Positions 51,153 through 60,452 of a stretch of DNA of 64,000 bases are shown here, piece after piece; position 1 is the stretch's first letter, and every line of letters begins with the position of its first letter. The notes under the pieces are model-generated. The model saw only the letters and a list, made by a program, of their open reading frames with translations, made no database searches and was not told the DNA's origin. The position numbers and the translations under genes are program-made. The DNA is from Terriglobia bacterium (lineage in GTDB: Bacteria; Acidobacteriota; Terriglobia; JAJPHL01; JAPKYU01), in the NCBI GenBank assembly GCA_965223005.1, contig CBDCVK010000010.1:1536001-1600000 (forward strand), read 5' to 3'.

Positions 51153-52397
51153 ATGAAAGTCATCGTAATCGGCCTCGGCAGCGCCGGTGACGTTCACCCC
51201 AACGTGGGCCTTGCTCTGGCTCTACGCCGGCGTGGCCACCAGGTCCTCCTTGTCGCTGCCTCGATCTTCCATTCATTGGCGCAGCGCGCCGGTCTGGAGT
51301 TCGCCGGACTCGGCACCGACGACGAGTACTATGAGGCCATTCGCGATCCGGACATGTGGCATCCTCTCCGGTCCTTTTTTGTGTTGGCTCGACGCTTGAT
51401 CCTGCCTTCGGTGCCCCGGATCTACGACCTCATTGCCAGGCTTAATGAGCCCGGCCAAACCGTCGTTGCCGCCCCGGGCACAGCGCTCGGCGCCCGCATT
51501 GCACAAGAGAAGCTCGGCGTGCCGCTGGCAACCGTGCACCTGCAACCGATCATGCTGCGCAGCACACTCGAGCCTGGTTGCTTTGGCTTTCCGGACATCA
51601 TCGGTCACTTGCCGCGCCCGCTGAGGAGTGCTTACCTACGAGTGGTGGACCGGTTTCTCATTGACCGTCTCCTGGCGCCGGATACAAACGCGTTTCGCGC
51701 CGAACTCGGGCTGCCGCCAGTTCGCCGACTGTTCGATCGCTGGTTTCACTCGCCCCAGCTCATCATCGGACTTTTCCCGGAATGGTTCGCGCCGCCCCCT
51801 CCCGACTGGCCCCCCAATGTTCGTCTCACTGGCTTTCCACTCTGGGACGAAGGAGACCTGCGGCAACGTACTCCCGAGGCGGAAGAGTTCCTCGATGCCG
51901 ACGATGCACCAGTCGTCTTCACCGCGGGCTCGGCTATGGTCCAGGGCAGAGAGTTCTTCCGGATTTCGGCGGAAGTCTGCCGCGCCAGCGGGCGGCGAGG
52001 TTTGTTTCTGACCCAGTATCCTGAGCAACTCCCCGTACGACTCCCCAACGGAGTTCGTCACTTCAACTACATACCGTTCAGTACGGTATTGCCGCGAGCG
52101 GCCGCCTTTGTGCATCACGGCGGCATTGGGACAACCGCGCAAGCACTCGCCGCGGGCGTCCCGCAGATCGTCGTTCCCTCAGCTCACGACCAGCCGGACA
52201 ACGCTGTGCGCATCCGGCATCTTGGGGTCGGAGATTTTCTTCTACCGAGGGATTACAAGCCGGCTGCAGTTCTCAAATATTTGGACCGCCTACTCAGGTC
52301 GCCGGCAGTGAAGGAGAACTGCATACGGCGAGTCGGCGACGTCGCCGACAGCAGATCCCTTGAACAGGCCTGCGATTTGATGGAGCAGCTTCGATAG
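51153..52397 (+). CDS. GT1 family glycosyltransferase (RhlB/sterol GT-like)
   Basis: GSAGDVHP, HHGGIGT, HDQPDNA. Confidence 0.9.
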   Translation: MKVIVIGLGSAGDVHPNVGLALALRRRGHQVLLVAASIFHSLAQRAGLEFAGLGTDDEYYEAIRDPDMWHPLRSFFVLARRLILPSVPRIYDLIARLNEPGQTVVAAPGTALGARIAQEKLGVPLATVHLQPIMLRSTLEPGCFGFPDIIGHLPRPLRSAYLRVVDRFLIDRLLAPDTNAFRAELGLPPVRRLFDRWFHSPQLIIGLFPEWFAPPPPDWPPNVRLTGFPLWDEGDLRQRTPEAEEFLDADDAPVVFTAGSAMVQGREFFRISAEVCRASGRRGLFLTQYPEQLPVRLPNGVRHFNYIPFSTVLPRAAAFVHHGGIGTTAQALAAGVPQIVVPSAHDQPDNAVRIRHLGVGDFLLPRDYKPAAVLKYLDRLLRSPAVKENCIRRVGDVADSRSLEQACDLMEQLR

Positions 52398-52593
52398 CCG
52401 ACAAGTCGGTACGACACCCACTTCCCTATGAATCCACCGGAATTTATCCCAGGCTGAACTCCATCCTCTCGACTAAGGTGGAAGCACTCTTTCCTAAATC
52501 CACCATCGTCCTGGCCAGTTCGGTGGGCGATCCGGGGCTGCGAGCCGTTCAGGTAGAACTTGAGTAACTGCGAAACACCGCCTTCTCTGGATA

Positions 52594-52660
52594 GGTCGTC
52601 ACTAACGGGCTAGTGCTTATCAATCCCGGTTTCAGTTGGGCGAATAGTCGGCAAACCGGT
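52594..52660 (+). repeat. dif-like site B (52594-52621) plus accessory element
   Basis: GGTCGTCACTA-ACGGGC-TAGTGCTTATC then AATCCCGGTTTCAGTTGGGCGAATAGTCGGCAAACCGG, collinear with the site A region. Confidence 0.85.
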
Positions 52661-53179
52661 TGATATCTCTGTGCACCACCTTGGTGTTGAAGCTGGCTTC
52701 CGACAGGCGATGGACAGAACTTCAGGTCACAAGGACGCTAACTCACCTTTTCCTTTACACCGGCCGCGAGGCGATGGTACTCTTGCTCGCTGTTTCGCCA
52801 AGGTAAGGTAAAGTTCGGCCTGTTGGGCTGTGCTCGTTGCAGCCATCTCTATACGGAAAGTAGAGTTAGCGCCTGAGTTGATGACGAAATTGCTCCGCGG
52901 CCAGGATGGGCCGCGCGCCTCCCACCGAGGTTGGCGCAGTTGTTCGCGCCACTTGAATTCCGAGCAGCCCCTGGAAATTCCTCTCCATTGGTGGGTCGGC
53001 GTTGCTGTCGGAGGACGCGATCTGTTGCGGAGAGAAGAGAGTTGCACCATAGCCCCCTCTCGACCCACTCCCTCACCCTCATCCCCTATAGTCTCCGTGA
53101 CACATGCGAATCAAGATGTTCAGTGTTGTCTTTCAACCTCGACTTGCTGAATTACGGCCGGGGCGGTTCATCTTTGTAT

Positions 53180-54547
53180 ATGAAACTAGCCGAAAAGCAG
53201 GGCACTAGCATCCGCACCGCTGTGATGCTGGGCGCCGGCGGTGGACACCGCTTGCGCCAGGTGACGAACGGAAAGCCGAAGTGCCTGGTGAACCTGTTGG
53301 GACTCACCCTGCTCGCGCGCAACCTGCGTGCCTTGAAGGAAGTGGGCATCTTGGATGTCCTCTTGGTGGTGGGCTGTCAGGGCGATGCGATTGAAGAGGC
53401 GGTGGGGCAGCTGGATTGCGACGGCCTCAATGTCCGCTGCCTGCCAACTCCCGACTGGAGGTTGGGCAATGGGGTCTCCTTGATGCGGGCCCAGGCGGCA
53501 GCGAGCGATGAAGCCCGCTTCCTTGTGTTGATGGCTGACCATCTGTTTGAGGTGAACACGCTGCGTGATTTCTTGCTCCGGGTCCCCGACAATGGTCACG
53601 CACATATGCTGGTGGATTTCTCCCCTAACGTCGAAGTGGATAAGGAAGACGCCACCTACGTCCGCGTTTCGGATGACGGTGAGGTTTGCGCCATCGGCAA
53701 GGCGCTGGAAAGAGACCACGGTGTTGATTGCGGCCTGTTTGTCTTCACCCCAGCCATCTTTTCGGCTCTGGAAACGTCTCTTGCTGCGGGAGACAATTCT
53801 CTTACCGGCGGCTGCCGCCGTCTCGCCGAGCAGCACGGCTTAGCCAACGTCCCCTTCAGGGAAGGGTTCTGGCAGGACATCGACACCCCGGCCGACTACC
53901 AGAATGCCAAGAAGAGACTTCTTACGTCTCTGGCCAGCCCCGGCGACGGCCTGGTCGCCCGCCACATTAACCGGAAATTCTCGCGCCCCATCACGGCTTG
54001 GCTCTCACGAACTGCGGTCACGCCAAATCAGGCAACAATTGCGTCTTTCCTCGTGGCGCTGGCGGGAGCTGTGCTGTTTGCAGTCCGAGAACCGCTATGG
54101 GCCGGACTGGCCGTGCAACTGGCGTCGATTGTGGACGGAGTGGACGGCGAACTGGCTCGGCTGAAACTAAGAACGTCGGCCTTTGGCACCCTTTTGGATT
54201 CTTTGCTTGACCGCTACGCTGATGGGCTCATCGTGTTGGCGATGGGCTACTACAGTTACACGCTCTCGCCCGGCTGGGCCCCGCTCTTAGTGACTACGGC
54301 TGCCCTGGTGGGTGTCCCGCTGTCGATGGCGTTCAAGGATCGCTACCGAATCGCCTTCGGTCGCTCCTTTACCAGTCAAGCCGACGACGCATGGTCTCGT
54401 TATCTTCTGCCCAATCGTGATGGCCGCCTGTTCGTGGCGATGTTGGGTGGGGTGAGTGGGTTTGTGCTGCCAGCCCTAGCTTTCACCGCCGTAGTATCAC
54501 ACGTGGTCTTTCTACGGCGACTATTGTTATTGCGAGTTGGAAAGTAG
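53180..54547 (+). CDS. Bifunctional NTP transferase / CDP-alcohol phosphotransferase (IPCT/DIPPS-like)
   Basis: LGAGGGHRL..PKCL, GNGVS, MADH, DIDTP; then DGLVARHINR, TPNQ, DGVDGELAR, DSLLDRYAD. Confidence 0.88.
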   Translation: MKLAEKQGTSIRTAVMLGAGGGHRLRQVTNGKPKCLVNLLGLTLLARNLRALKEVGILDVLLVVGCQGDAIEEAVGQLDCDGLNVRCLPTPDWRLGNGVSLMRAQAAASDEARFLVLMADHLFEVNTLRDFLLRVPDNGHAHMLVDFSPNVEVDKEDATYVRVSDDGEVCAIGKALERDHGVDCGLFVFTPAIFSALETSLAAGDNSLTGGCRRLAEQHGLANVPFREGFWQDIDTPADYQNAKKRLLTSLASPGDGLVARHINRKFSRPITAWLSRTAVTPNQATIASFLVALAGAVLFAVREPLWAGLAVQLASIVDGVDGELARLKLRTSAFGTLLDSLLDRYADGLIVLAMGYYSYTLSPGWAPLLVTTAALVGVPLSMAFKDRYRIAFGRSFTSQADDAWSRYLLPNRDGRLFVAMLGGVSGFVLPALAFTAVVSHVVFLRRLLLLRVGK

Positions 54548-54624
54548 CTACTAGCTTTGCAAATCAACATCGGGCTCAACTGGTTCGTGGAGCTGAAGCG
54601 CCTCGTCCCCACCCGACAAAAGTG

Positions 54625-54970
54625 ATCTGTCGCCTGGCCTCCGACCCGCGCTTCCAGGAACTGATGCGGCGCATGAACTTCCCGCCGTACGCTTGAGACT
54701 CCCTCCCGTGCGGTAACCTCGGTAGACTCGCGCTCGCGTGCAAGACAGGGCACGGCCCTGCCGCTATTGCACGGTGAGGGTGACGGTGTTGCTGGGGACG
54801 CCGTCCTGGGTGATCACCAGCGGGACTGTTCGGGTCGAGATTGCTGCCAAGACGGGGTTTCTTCCCATGATCGGCCACACGGTCGGCCACTACCCCATTC
54901 TGGAGAAGCTGGGTGGCGGCGGCGTGGGCGTCCTCTACAAAGCTGGGGACACGTTGCTGAACCGCAACAG
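54625..54970 (+). pseudogene. Remnants of Ser/Thr protein kinase genes
   Basis: SDPRFQELMRRMNFP (typical C-terminus) and MIGHTVGHYPILEKLGGGGVGVLYKAGDTLLNR (kinase N-terminus at 54868). Confidence 0.6.
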
Positions 54971-55203
54971 TCGCGACAGGGCGGCGGGTGTGTGCTTTCG
55001 GGCGAGGGAAAGCTCAAATCGGAAATTTCGGCTCAAGGCTGCCGGAAGCCCATTGAGCCTCGTGATCGCGCAGTTGCCCGATATAGTATCTTAACGGTGA
55101 CCGAAGAGTCATACTTGATAGGTTCTTGTGATGGCGGTGGGCTCGACGCTGTTTTAGCCCGAGCGCCCGAGAAGTGCAGAAACCAAAATGGAGGGAGTTT
55201 CGT

Positions 55204-55713
55204 ATGCAGCCTTTGTATGATCCGGAAGCAGTGCGACCGATGTGGGAGGAGTTGGCGCAATGTGGCGTCACACCGCTTAAGACCGCTACCGATGTTGATG
55301 AGGCTCTTGGCAAGCCTGGAACCACGCTTATTGTCGTAAACTCCATCTGCGGCTGTGCGGCTGGAGGCGCCCGACCCGGGGTCACCCAGGCGCTGCAGGC
55401 CGCTGTCATCCCGGATCACTTGACCACGGTTTTTGCGGGGGTCGATATGGAGGCGACCCAACGCGCGCGCGAGCGCATGCCGGAGGTTGCGCCATCGTCG
55501 CCGTCCGTCGCCCTGTTCAAGGACGGCGCGTTTGTCTACGCGCTGGAGCGTCGGCACATCGAGCGCATGACGCCTGATGAGATCGCCGGAGAGCTTGAGA
55601 AGGCTTACCGTCAGCATTGCACTCGCAAGGGGCCGTCCGTGCCCGCCGATGTGTACGGGCAGGTAGTGCACGCGCGGCAGTGTGGATCGCAGATCCCGAG
55701 CTTTAGAGGCTGA
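55204..55713 (+). CDS. BrxA/BrxB family bacilliredoxin
   Basis: VNSICGCAAGGARP, TVFAGVD, PSSPSVALFKDG. Confidence 0.9.
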   Translation: MQPLYDPEAVRPMWEELAQCGVTPLKTATDVDEALGKPGTTLIVVNSICGCAAGGARPGVTQALQAAVIPDHLTTVFAGVDMEATQRARERMPEVAPSSPSVALFKDGAFVYALERRHIERMTPDEIAGELEKAYRQHCTRKGPSVPADVYGQVVHARQCGSQIPSFRG

Positions 55714-55939
55714 TACGGGACCATGTCCGGGTTGGTCAAGGAGGTGCCGTGCAAGTTCTCCGGCAAGCTCAGTCGGCCTCGGTGTAGTCACTGAATCGAA
55801 TCCCGAACGCACCACCATAGATTTCGATTTCCACGGCATCAAGAAATTCGTCACCAGTCTCATGGTGGTCGAACTATTGCCCGGAAGAGCTCCCTCCAAG
55901 CCTGCACTTCCAAATCGCCGCACGAACAAATCCCCAGGG

Positions 55940-56151
55940 CAGAAAGCGTAAACCTCCTCCGGGACCATACAGGCGACCTGCGCGGCTTTGGTTTCGTGGA
56001 GATCCAGAACGCCGCGGAAGCCGAACGCGCCGTCAAGGGTCTGAACGGTAATGACTTTCTGGGTCGCGCTTTGGTAGTTGACGAAACCCGCCCCCGTCAA
56101 GGCGGTAGTCGCGGCTGGGGTGGGCGGGGCAGACGCCAACGCAACTGGTAG
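55940..56151 (+). pseudogene. C-terminal half of an RRM RNA-binding protein
   Basis: RGFGFVE (RNP1), LNG..FLGRALVVDE, Gly/Arg tail; RNP2 and start codon missing. Confidence 0.65.
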
Positions 56152-56492
56152 CCCTGTTTCAAAAGAAAAGGCTATGCCCTACTGCGGTAAATAGGCGGAA
56201 TAGGCGTTGGCTACAGGTTCATCGCGCTGAGGCGGTAAGCTTCACCAGTCGGTCGGCCTCTCCTATCTTAACTTGATGATGAGGGGAAATGGGGAGAGAG
56301 TGCTTCACCGCGCCGGAGCCGTTCCCCTTCGAGGTCCAGTAATCCCAAGGGAGCGCTCTCGCGGATTGTGCTGGCGGATGTCGAGGGCTTTCTGCCTCAA
56401 AAGGCCCCATTCACCGGCAGTCAGCGTCATCGAGCAGCAAGAACGGTTTTGGGGCTAACAGGCATGTTATCAGGCAAGTAGCTGAAAGATAT

Positions 56493-56567
<75 letters not shown>

Positions 56568-56598
56568 ACCTCCCGCGAGACGTGACCGACGCGGGCAG

Positions 56599-56619
56599 AA
56601 AAGCCCCCGTGACGGGGGC
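56599..56619 (-). terminator. GC hairpin plus T-run between tRNA-Gly and tRNA-Cys
   Basis: Minus strand GCCCCCGTCACGGGGGC-TTTT. Confidence 0.45.
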
Positions 56620-56632
56620 CGTGGAGAAACCC

Positions 56633-56707
<75 letters not shown>

Positions 56708-56784
56708 GCCAAAAATGATTCTACCGCCCTTGCGGCGCGGGGGTCAATTGTCATCCCGGCTCGCGCAGTTCCTCTGAGGGCCGC

Positions 56785-57795
56785 TCAACCGGCTGGCTCC
56801 AGGGACACCTCGCGCAGGAACTTTGCGGCTTCCTCCGGCGGTGTCGGATTAATGTAGAAGCCGGTACCCCATTCGAAGCCGGCCACCCGGGTCAGCTTGG
56901 GCATCATCTCCAGGTGCCAGTGATAATAGTCGTTGGGCGCTTCCTTCACTGGGGAGGTGTGGAACACCAGGTTGTAGCTGGGCATCTCCAGCACCGTGTC
57001 CACGCGCATCAACAGGTTCTTCAGCGCCCGCGCCAAGTTCTCGTAGAAATGCGTCTGCGAGTTCTCGAAGGCCGACTCGTGCTCCTTAGGCAGGACCCAG
57101 GTCTCGAACGGGAAGCGCGGCGCGTACGGCGCCACGGTCAGGAAGTCTTCGTTCTCGGAGATCACCCGAATGCCGGAATCCCGCTCCTGGCGGATGATAT
57201 CGCAGTAGACGCACCGTTCCTTGTAGGCGTAGTAGCCTTTAGCCCCGTCCACCTCCTCGCGCACTCGCTTGGGCACGATGGGCAGCGCAATCAGTTGGGA
57301 GTGGCTGTGCTCGAGCGTGGCGCCGGCCGGTGCGCCGTGATTCTTGAAAATGAGAATGTAGCGGAAGCGCTTGTCCCGCTGCAGATCGACCATCCGGTCG
57401 CGGAAAGCCCACAGCACATCCTCGACGCGCTTTTCCGGCAGCGTCGCCAGCGTCTGCTCGTGGACCGGCGTCTCGATGATCACCTCGTGGGCGCCGATGC
57501 CGCTCATCTTGTCGAACAGTCCTTCGCCCTGCCGGCTCACGGCTCCCTCGATGCCCAGGGCGGGAAACTTGTTGGGGACTACGCGCACCCACCAGCCGGA
57601 CGAATTCGGCCCGCTCCCATCGCTGCGGTAGGCCAGAATTTCCGGCGGCGTCTTATCTTCGTGGCCGGGGCAAAACGGGCAGAAGCCGCCTCGGATTTCA
57701 GCCGGCTCGACCGAAAAGTCGGTCGGCCGTTTGGCCCGCTCCGTGGAGATAATCACCCAGCGCCCGGTAATTGGGTCTTTCCTCAGCTCAGGCAA
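56785..57795 (-). CDS. galT: Galactose-1-phosphate uridylyltransferase
   Basis: ELRKDP, CPFCPG, NKFPAL, HSHSQ catalytic motif. Confidence 0.93.
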   Translation of the reverse strand: MPELRKDPITGRWVIISTERAKRPTDFSVEPAEIRGGFCPFCPGHEDKTPPEILAYRSDGSGPNSSGWWVRVVPNKFPALGIEGAVSRQGEGLFDKMSGIGAHEVIIETPVHEQTLATLPEKRVEDVLWAFRDRMVDLQRDKRFRYILIFKNHGAPAGATLEHSHSQLIALPIVPKRVREEVDGAKGYYAYKERCVYCDIIRQERDSGIRVISENEDFLTVAPYAPRFPFETWVLPKEHESAFENSQTHFYENLARALKNLLMRVDTVLEMPSYNLVFHTSPVKEAPNDYYHWHLEMMPKLTRVAGFEWGTGFYINPTPPEEAAKFLREVSLEPAG

Positions 57796-57844
57796 CCGCT
57801 TCCTCCTCGGTAAGGCAGCTCGACGGCCATTCCTGCATTGCCGG

Positions 57845-58303
57845 CTATGGCATGCTTCCGTCGGCCTCGCTGAAGGCGTCGCGGAAGTGCTCCACTACGG
57901 GCTCGCCGCTCGCCCGCCGCCCTCGGTTTGGATGCGGATAGACGCTGACGACGTCGAAGCGGTAAGGCACCTCCAGATGGGCGCGACGCCGATAATCACG
58001 CGCCGCCAGCACCAAGTGGCGCCGCTTGTCCCGGTCCACGGCGTCCTCGGCCTGGCGCACTTCCGCCGACTGGCGCGTCTTGACCTCCACAAAAACCAGC
58101 GTCTCGCCATCCCAGCCGATCAGATCCACTTCCCCGCCGACTCCTGCGTGGCGATAGTTGCGCGCCACCAGGGTGAAGCCGCGGTCGCGCAGGTACCAGT
58201 ACGCTAGCTCTTCTCCCTGCGCTCCGAAAGCAGCCTCCGCTCCAACCCAGCCGGCTTGGCGCAAAGAACCGAGCGTGCGGCGGAGCAGGTGCGGCCAAAT
58301 CAC
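57845..58303 (-). CDS. yraN: YraN family (UPF0102) endonuclease-like protein
   Basis: GEELA, RNYR, GEVDLI, FVEVKTR, RFDVV. Confidence 0.88.
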   Translation of the reverse strand: MIWPHLLRRTLGSLRQAGWVGAEAAFGAQGEELAYWYLRDRGFTLVARNYRHAGVGGEVDLIGWDGETLVFVEVKTRQSAEVRQAEDAVDRDKRRHLVLAARDYRRRAHLEVPYRFDVVSVYPHPNRGRRASGEPVVEHFRDAFSEADGSMP

Positions 58304-58405
58304 GGGGCTCCTCCGTTACGGGACCTTATAGGTGGCAACATGCCTCCGCCGTTAACCTCATTTCATTGTACCGTGCTCGCGCTAGGCCCAACCCGTCCAC
58401 GACGC

Positions 58406-58945
58406 CTATTTCAGCACCTCGAATTCGAAAGTGAGCACCTTGCCTCGTACGATGTAGCAGAGGTAATACTCCCAAAATCGCCGAAAGCGGCGGGAGCGGT
58501 TCACCAGGCATTCGAAGCCCAACCAACGCCACAGCGCGAGCAGCCGCACATGCACACGCCTTTCGAGCAGCTTCTGCCGGGTGTAGTAGCCGAACCCTCC
58601 GTGGTCCTCGCCGAAGTGGCGGAAGCTGAAGCTGTTCAGGTGCCAGCGATGCGTAGGATCACAGAAGGAGCTGAAGTCGGTGTAGTGCGGGGTCACCACG
58701 ACGATTCTGCCACCGGGCCGTGCCAGCCGGTGAAACTCCTTCATGGCGGCCAGCACATCGGCGACGTGCTCGATGACGTGTATGGCCCGCACCTCGTCAA
58801 ACTGGCTGTCCGCAAACGGGTAGGGCGGCCGGTCCAGGTTGCAGAGGACGTCGGCCGCCGTGTCCGGATTGTAGTCAATGCCGATGGCGCCGGCATACTT
58901 GTTGCGCCCACAGCCCACGTCCAGGATCAGCGCTTGAGCCGGCAT
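58406..58945 (-). CDS. Class I SAM-dependent methyltransferase
   Basis: LDVGCG, HVIEH, DPTH. Confidence 0.85.
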   Translation of the reverse strand: MPAQALILDVGCGRNKYAGAIGIDYNPDTAADVLCNLDRPPYPFADSQFDEVRAIHVIEHVADVLAAMKEFHRLARPGGRIVVVTPHYTDFSSFCDPTHRWHLNSFSFRHFGEDHGGFGYYTRQKLLERRVHVRLLALWRWLGFECLVNRSRRFRRFWEYYLCYIVRGKVLTFEFEVLK

Positions 58946-59087
58946 CAGCCGATGAGACCAGTTTCACTGCGAGGAACGCGAAGACCGCACCCCCTTCCCA
59001 ATTATACCCTGCACTCAAAGTCCACCCTCGACTGGATACCAGCGGGGCAACTCTCAGGCCCAACCTTCAATTCCCTCAACCTCCAGC

Positions 59088-60350
59088 CTAACCACCGGGG
59101 GACGCCATCAGCCTCCAAAGCCGTAGCGCACCCATATAGGCGAATAGCAGCAGGGTGATGGTCAGAAGCCCGTTGGTGAACCAGCCGCTTCGAAACTGCG
59201 CCCCCACCCAGCGAAGCCGGTTGTTCATAAGCAATAAGGTCAGGGCCAGCAGGGGCATAAATAAGGCGCCCATGATGGCATAGCCAACTTGGATACGCTC
59301 AACGGTGACCCACAGAAGCCCCAGCGGGACCACCGCAATCGCTACCTGGTAGGCACGGTAGGCCCGGGTTTGAGAAAGGTTCTGCGAAAGATCCACACCT
59401 GGCTGGGAGCGGCCGCGCTGCAGGTTCAGAAAGTCGGCAAACAGATACGGCGCGCTTTGCCAGACACCCAGCAGGCTGGAGAACACGGCGCCCCAGAATC
59501 CCAGCAAGAAAACCCATTTGCCCAACGGACCCAGCGTCACCGCCAGCTCCTCGGCAAGCTGAATCGCAAGGCTGACTCCCTGGCCTTCCACCTGGATCCG
59601 CGAGCCGATGATGACCATCGCCATGCCAAACAGCGCCGTTAGCACGTAGGCCACCGCCAGGTCGATGCGGCAGAGCCGCACGCCGCTCTGCCCGGTGCGG
59701 CCTTTCTCGCGAATCCAGTAGCCGTAGGAAAGCAGGGTCACCGTCCCGCCGACGCCCCCAAGAATGCCCAACGTCCAGGGCAGGCCTCCCTCCGGGATGG
59801 TGGGCCTCAGGATGCCGCTTGCCACCGCCCCCCAGTCGGGCCCCACCAGCGCCGCCGTCACCAGGACGCACACAAACATTCCGCCGATGCAGACCGACAT
59901 GACCTTTTCGAACAAGGCGAATCCTCCGACCCACACCAGCGCCAGGCCTGCCAGCGAATGAATGATGCCCCAGACAATCTTGGAGGTGTTCGCATCGCCC
60001 AGCGGCAGCAGCCCGCTCCCGGCCACGCCGCAGGCATTCACCAGAGCGCCGCCGACCATCAACGTCCACACAAAGAAGTAAGTCAGGAAGACCCACTGAA
60101 TCCAGCTTCCCAGCCGGGTCACCCAGCCCTCCAGCAGTGTGGTCTCGGTGGCCATTTGCCAGCGGGCGATGCCCTCGTTTAGAGTCCACTTCAGCAACGC
60201 GCCCACCACGACCGCCCATAGGATCGCCAGCCCGACCTTAGAGCCGGCCAGGCTGGCAGTCAGCAGGTCACCTGCGCCCACGCCGGTGGCCGCCACCAGA
60301 AGGCCCGGCCCAATCACCCCGCGCCACGAAGTTCGCTGCCCCTCGTTCAT
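59088..60350 (-). CDS. Nramp family divalent metal transporter-like protein
   Basis: GPGLLVAATGVGAGD, GGVGGT, about 11 TM helices. Confidence 0.85.
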   Translation of the reverse strand: MNEGQRTSWRGVIGPGLLVAATGVGAGDLLTASLAGSKVGLAILWAVVVGALLKWTLNEGIARWQMATETTLLEGWVTRLGSWIQWVFLTYFFVWTLMVGGALVNACGVAGSGLLPLGDANTSKIVWGIIHSLAGLALVWVGGFALFEKVMSVCIGGMFVCVLVTAALVGPDWGAVASGILRPTIPEGGLPWTLGILGGVGGTVTLLSYGYWIREKGRTGQSGVRLCRIDLAVAYVLTALFGMAMVIIGSRIQVEGQGVSLAIQLAEELAVTLGPLGKWVFLLGFWGAVFSSLLGVWQSAPYLFADFLNLQRGRSQPGVDLSQNLSQTRAYRAYQVAIAVVPLGLLWVTVERIQVGYAIMGALFMPLLALTLLLMNNRLRWVGAQFRSGWFTNGLLTITLLLFAYMGALRLWRLMASPGG

Positions 60351-60452
60351 TGCTCCAATCGTGGAGAAAGCACCCAAGCGGCCTGCCCGGGCCGTTCTTC
60401 ACCCCGGTGTAGCATACAATGGCCGGTATTTGCGGCCCTGCCACGTTATCTA

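Noticed and set aside
16219-52621. Repeated sites as integron attC sites
   Set aside because: No RYYYAAC...GTTRRRY boxes, orientation alternates instead of being direct, modules are multi-gene, and the integrase looks like a tRNA-targeting phage type rather than IntI.
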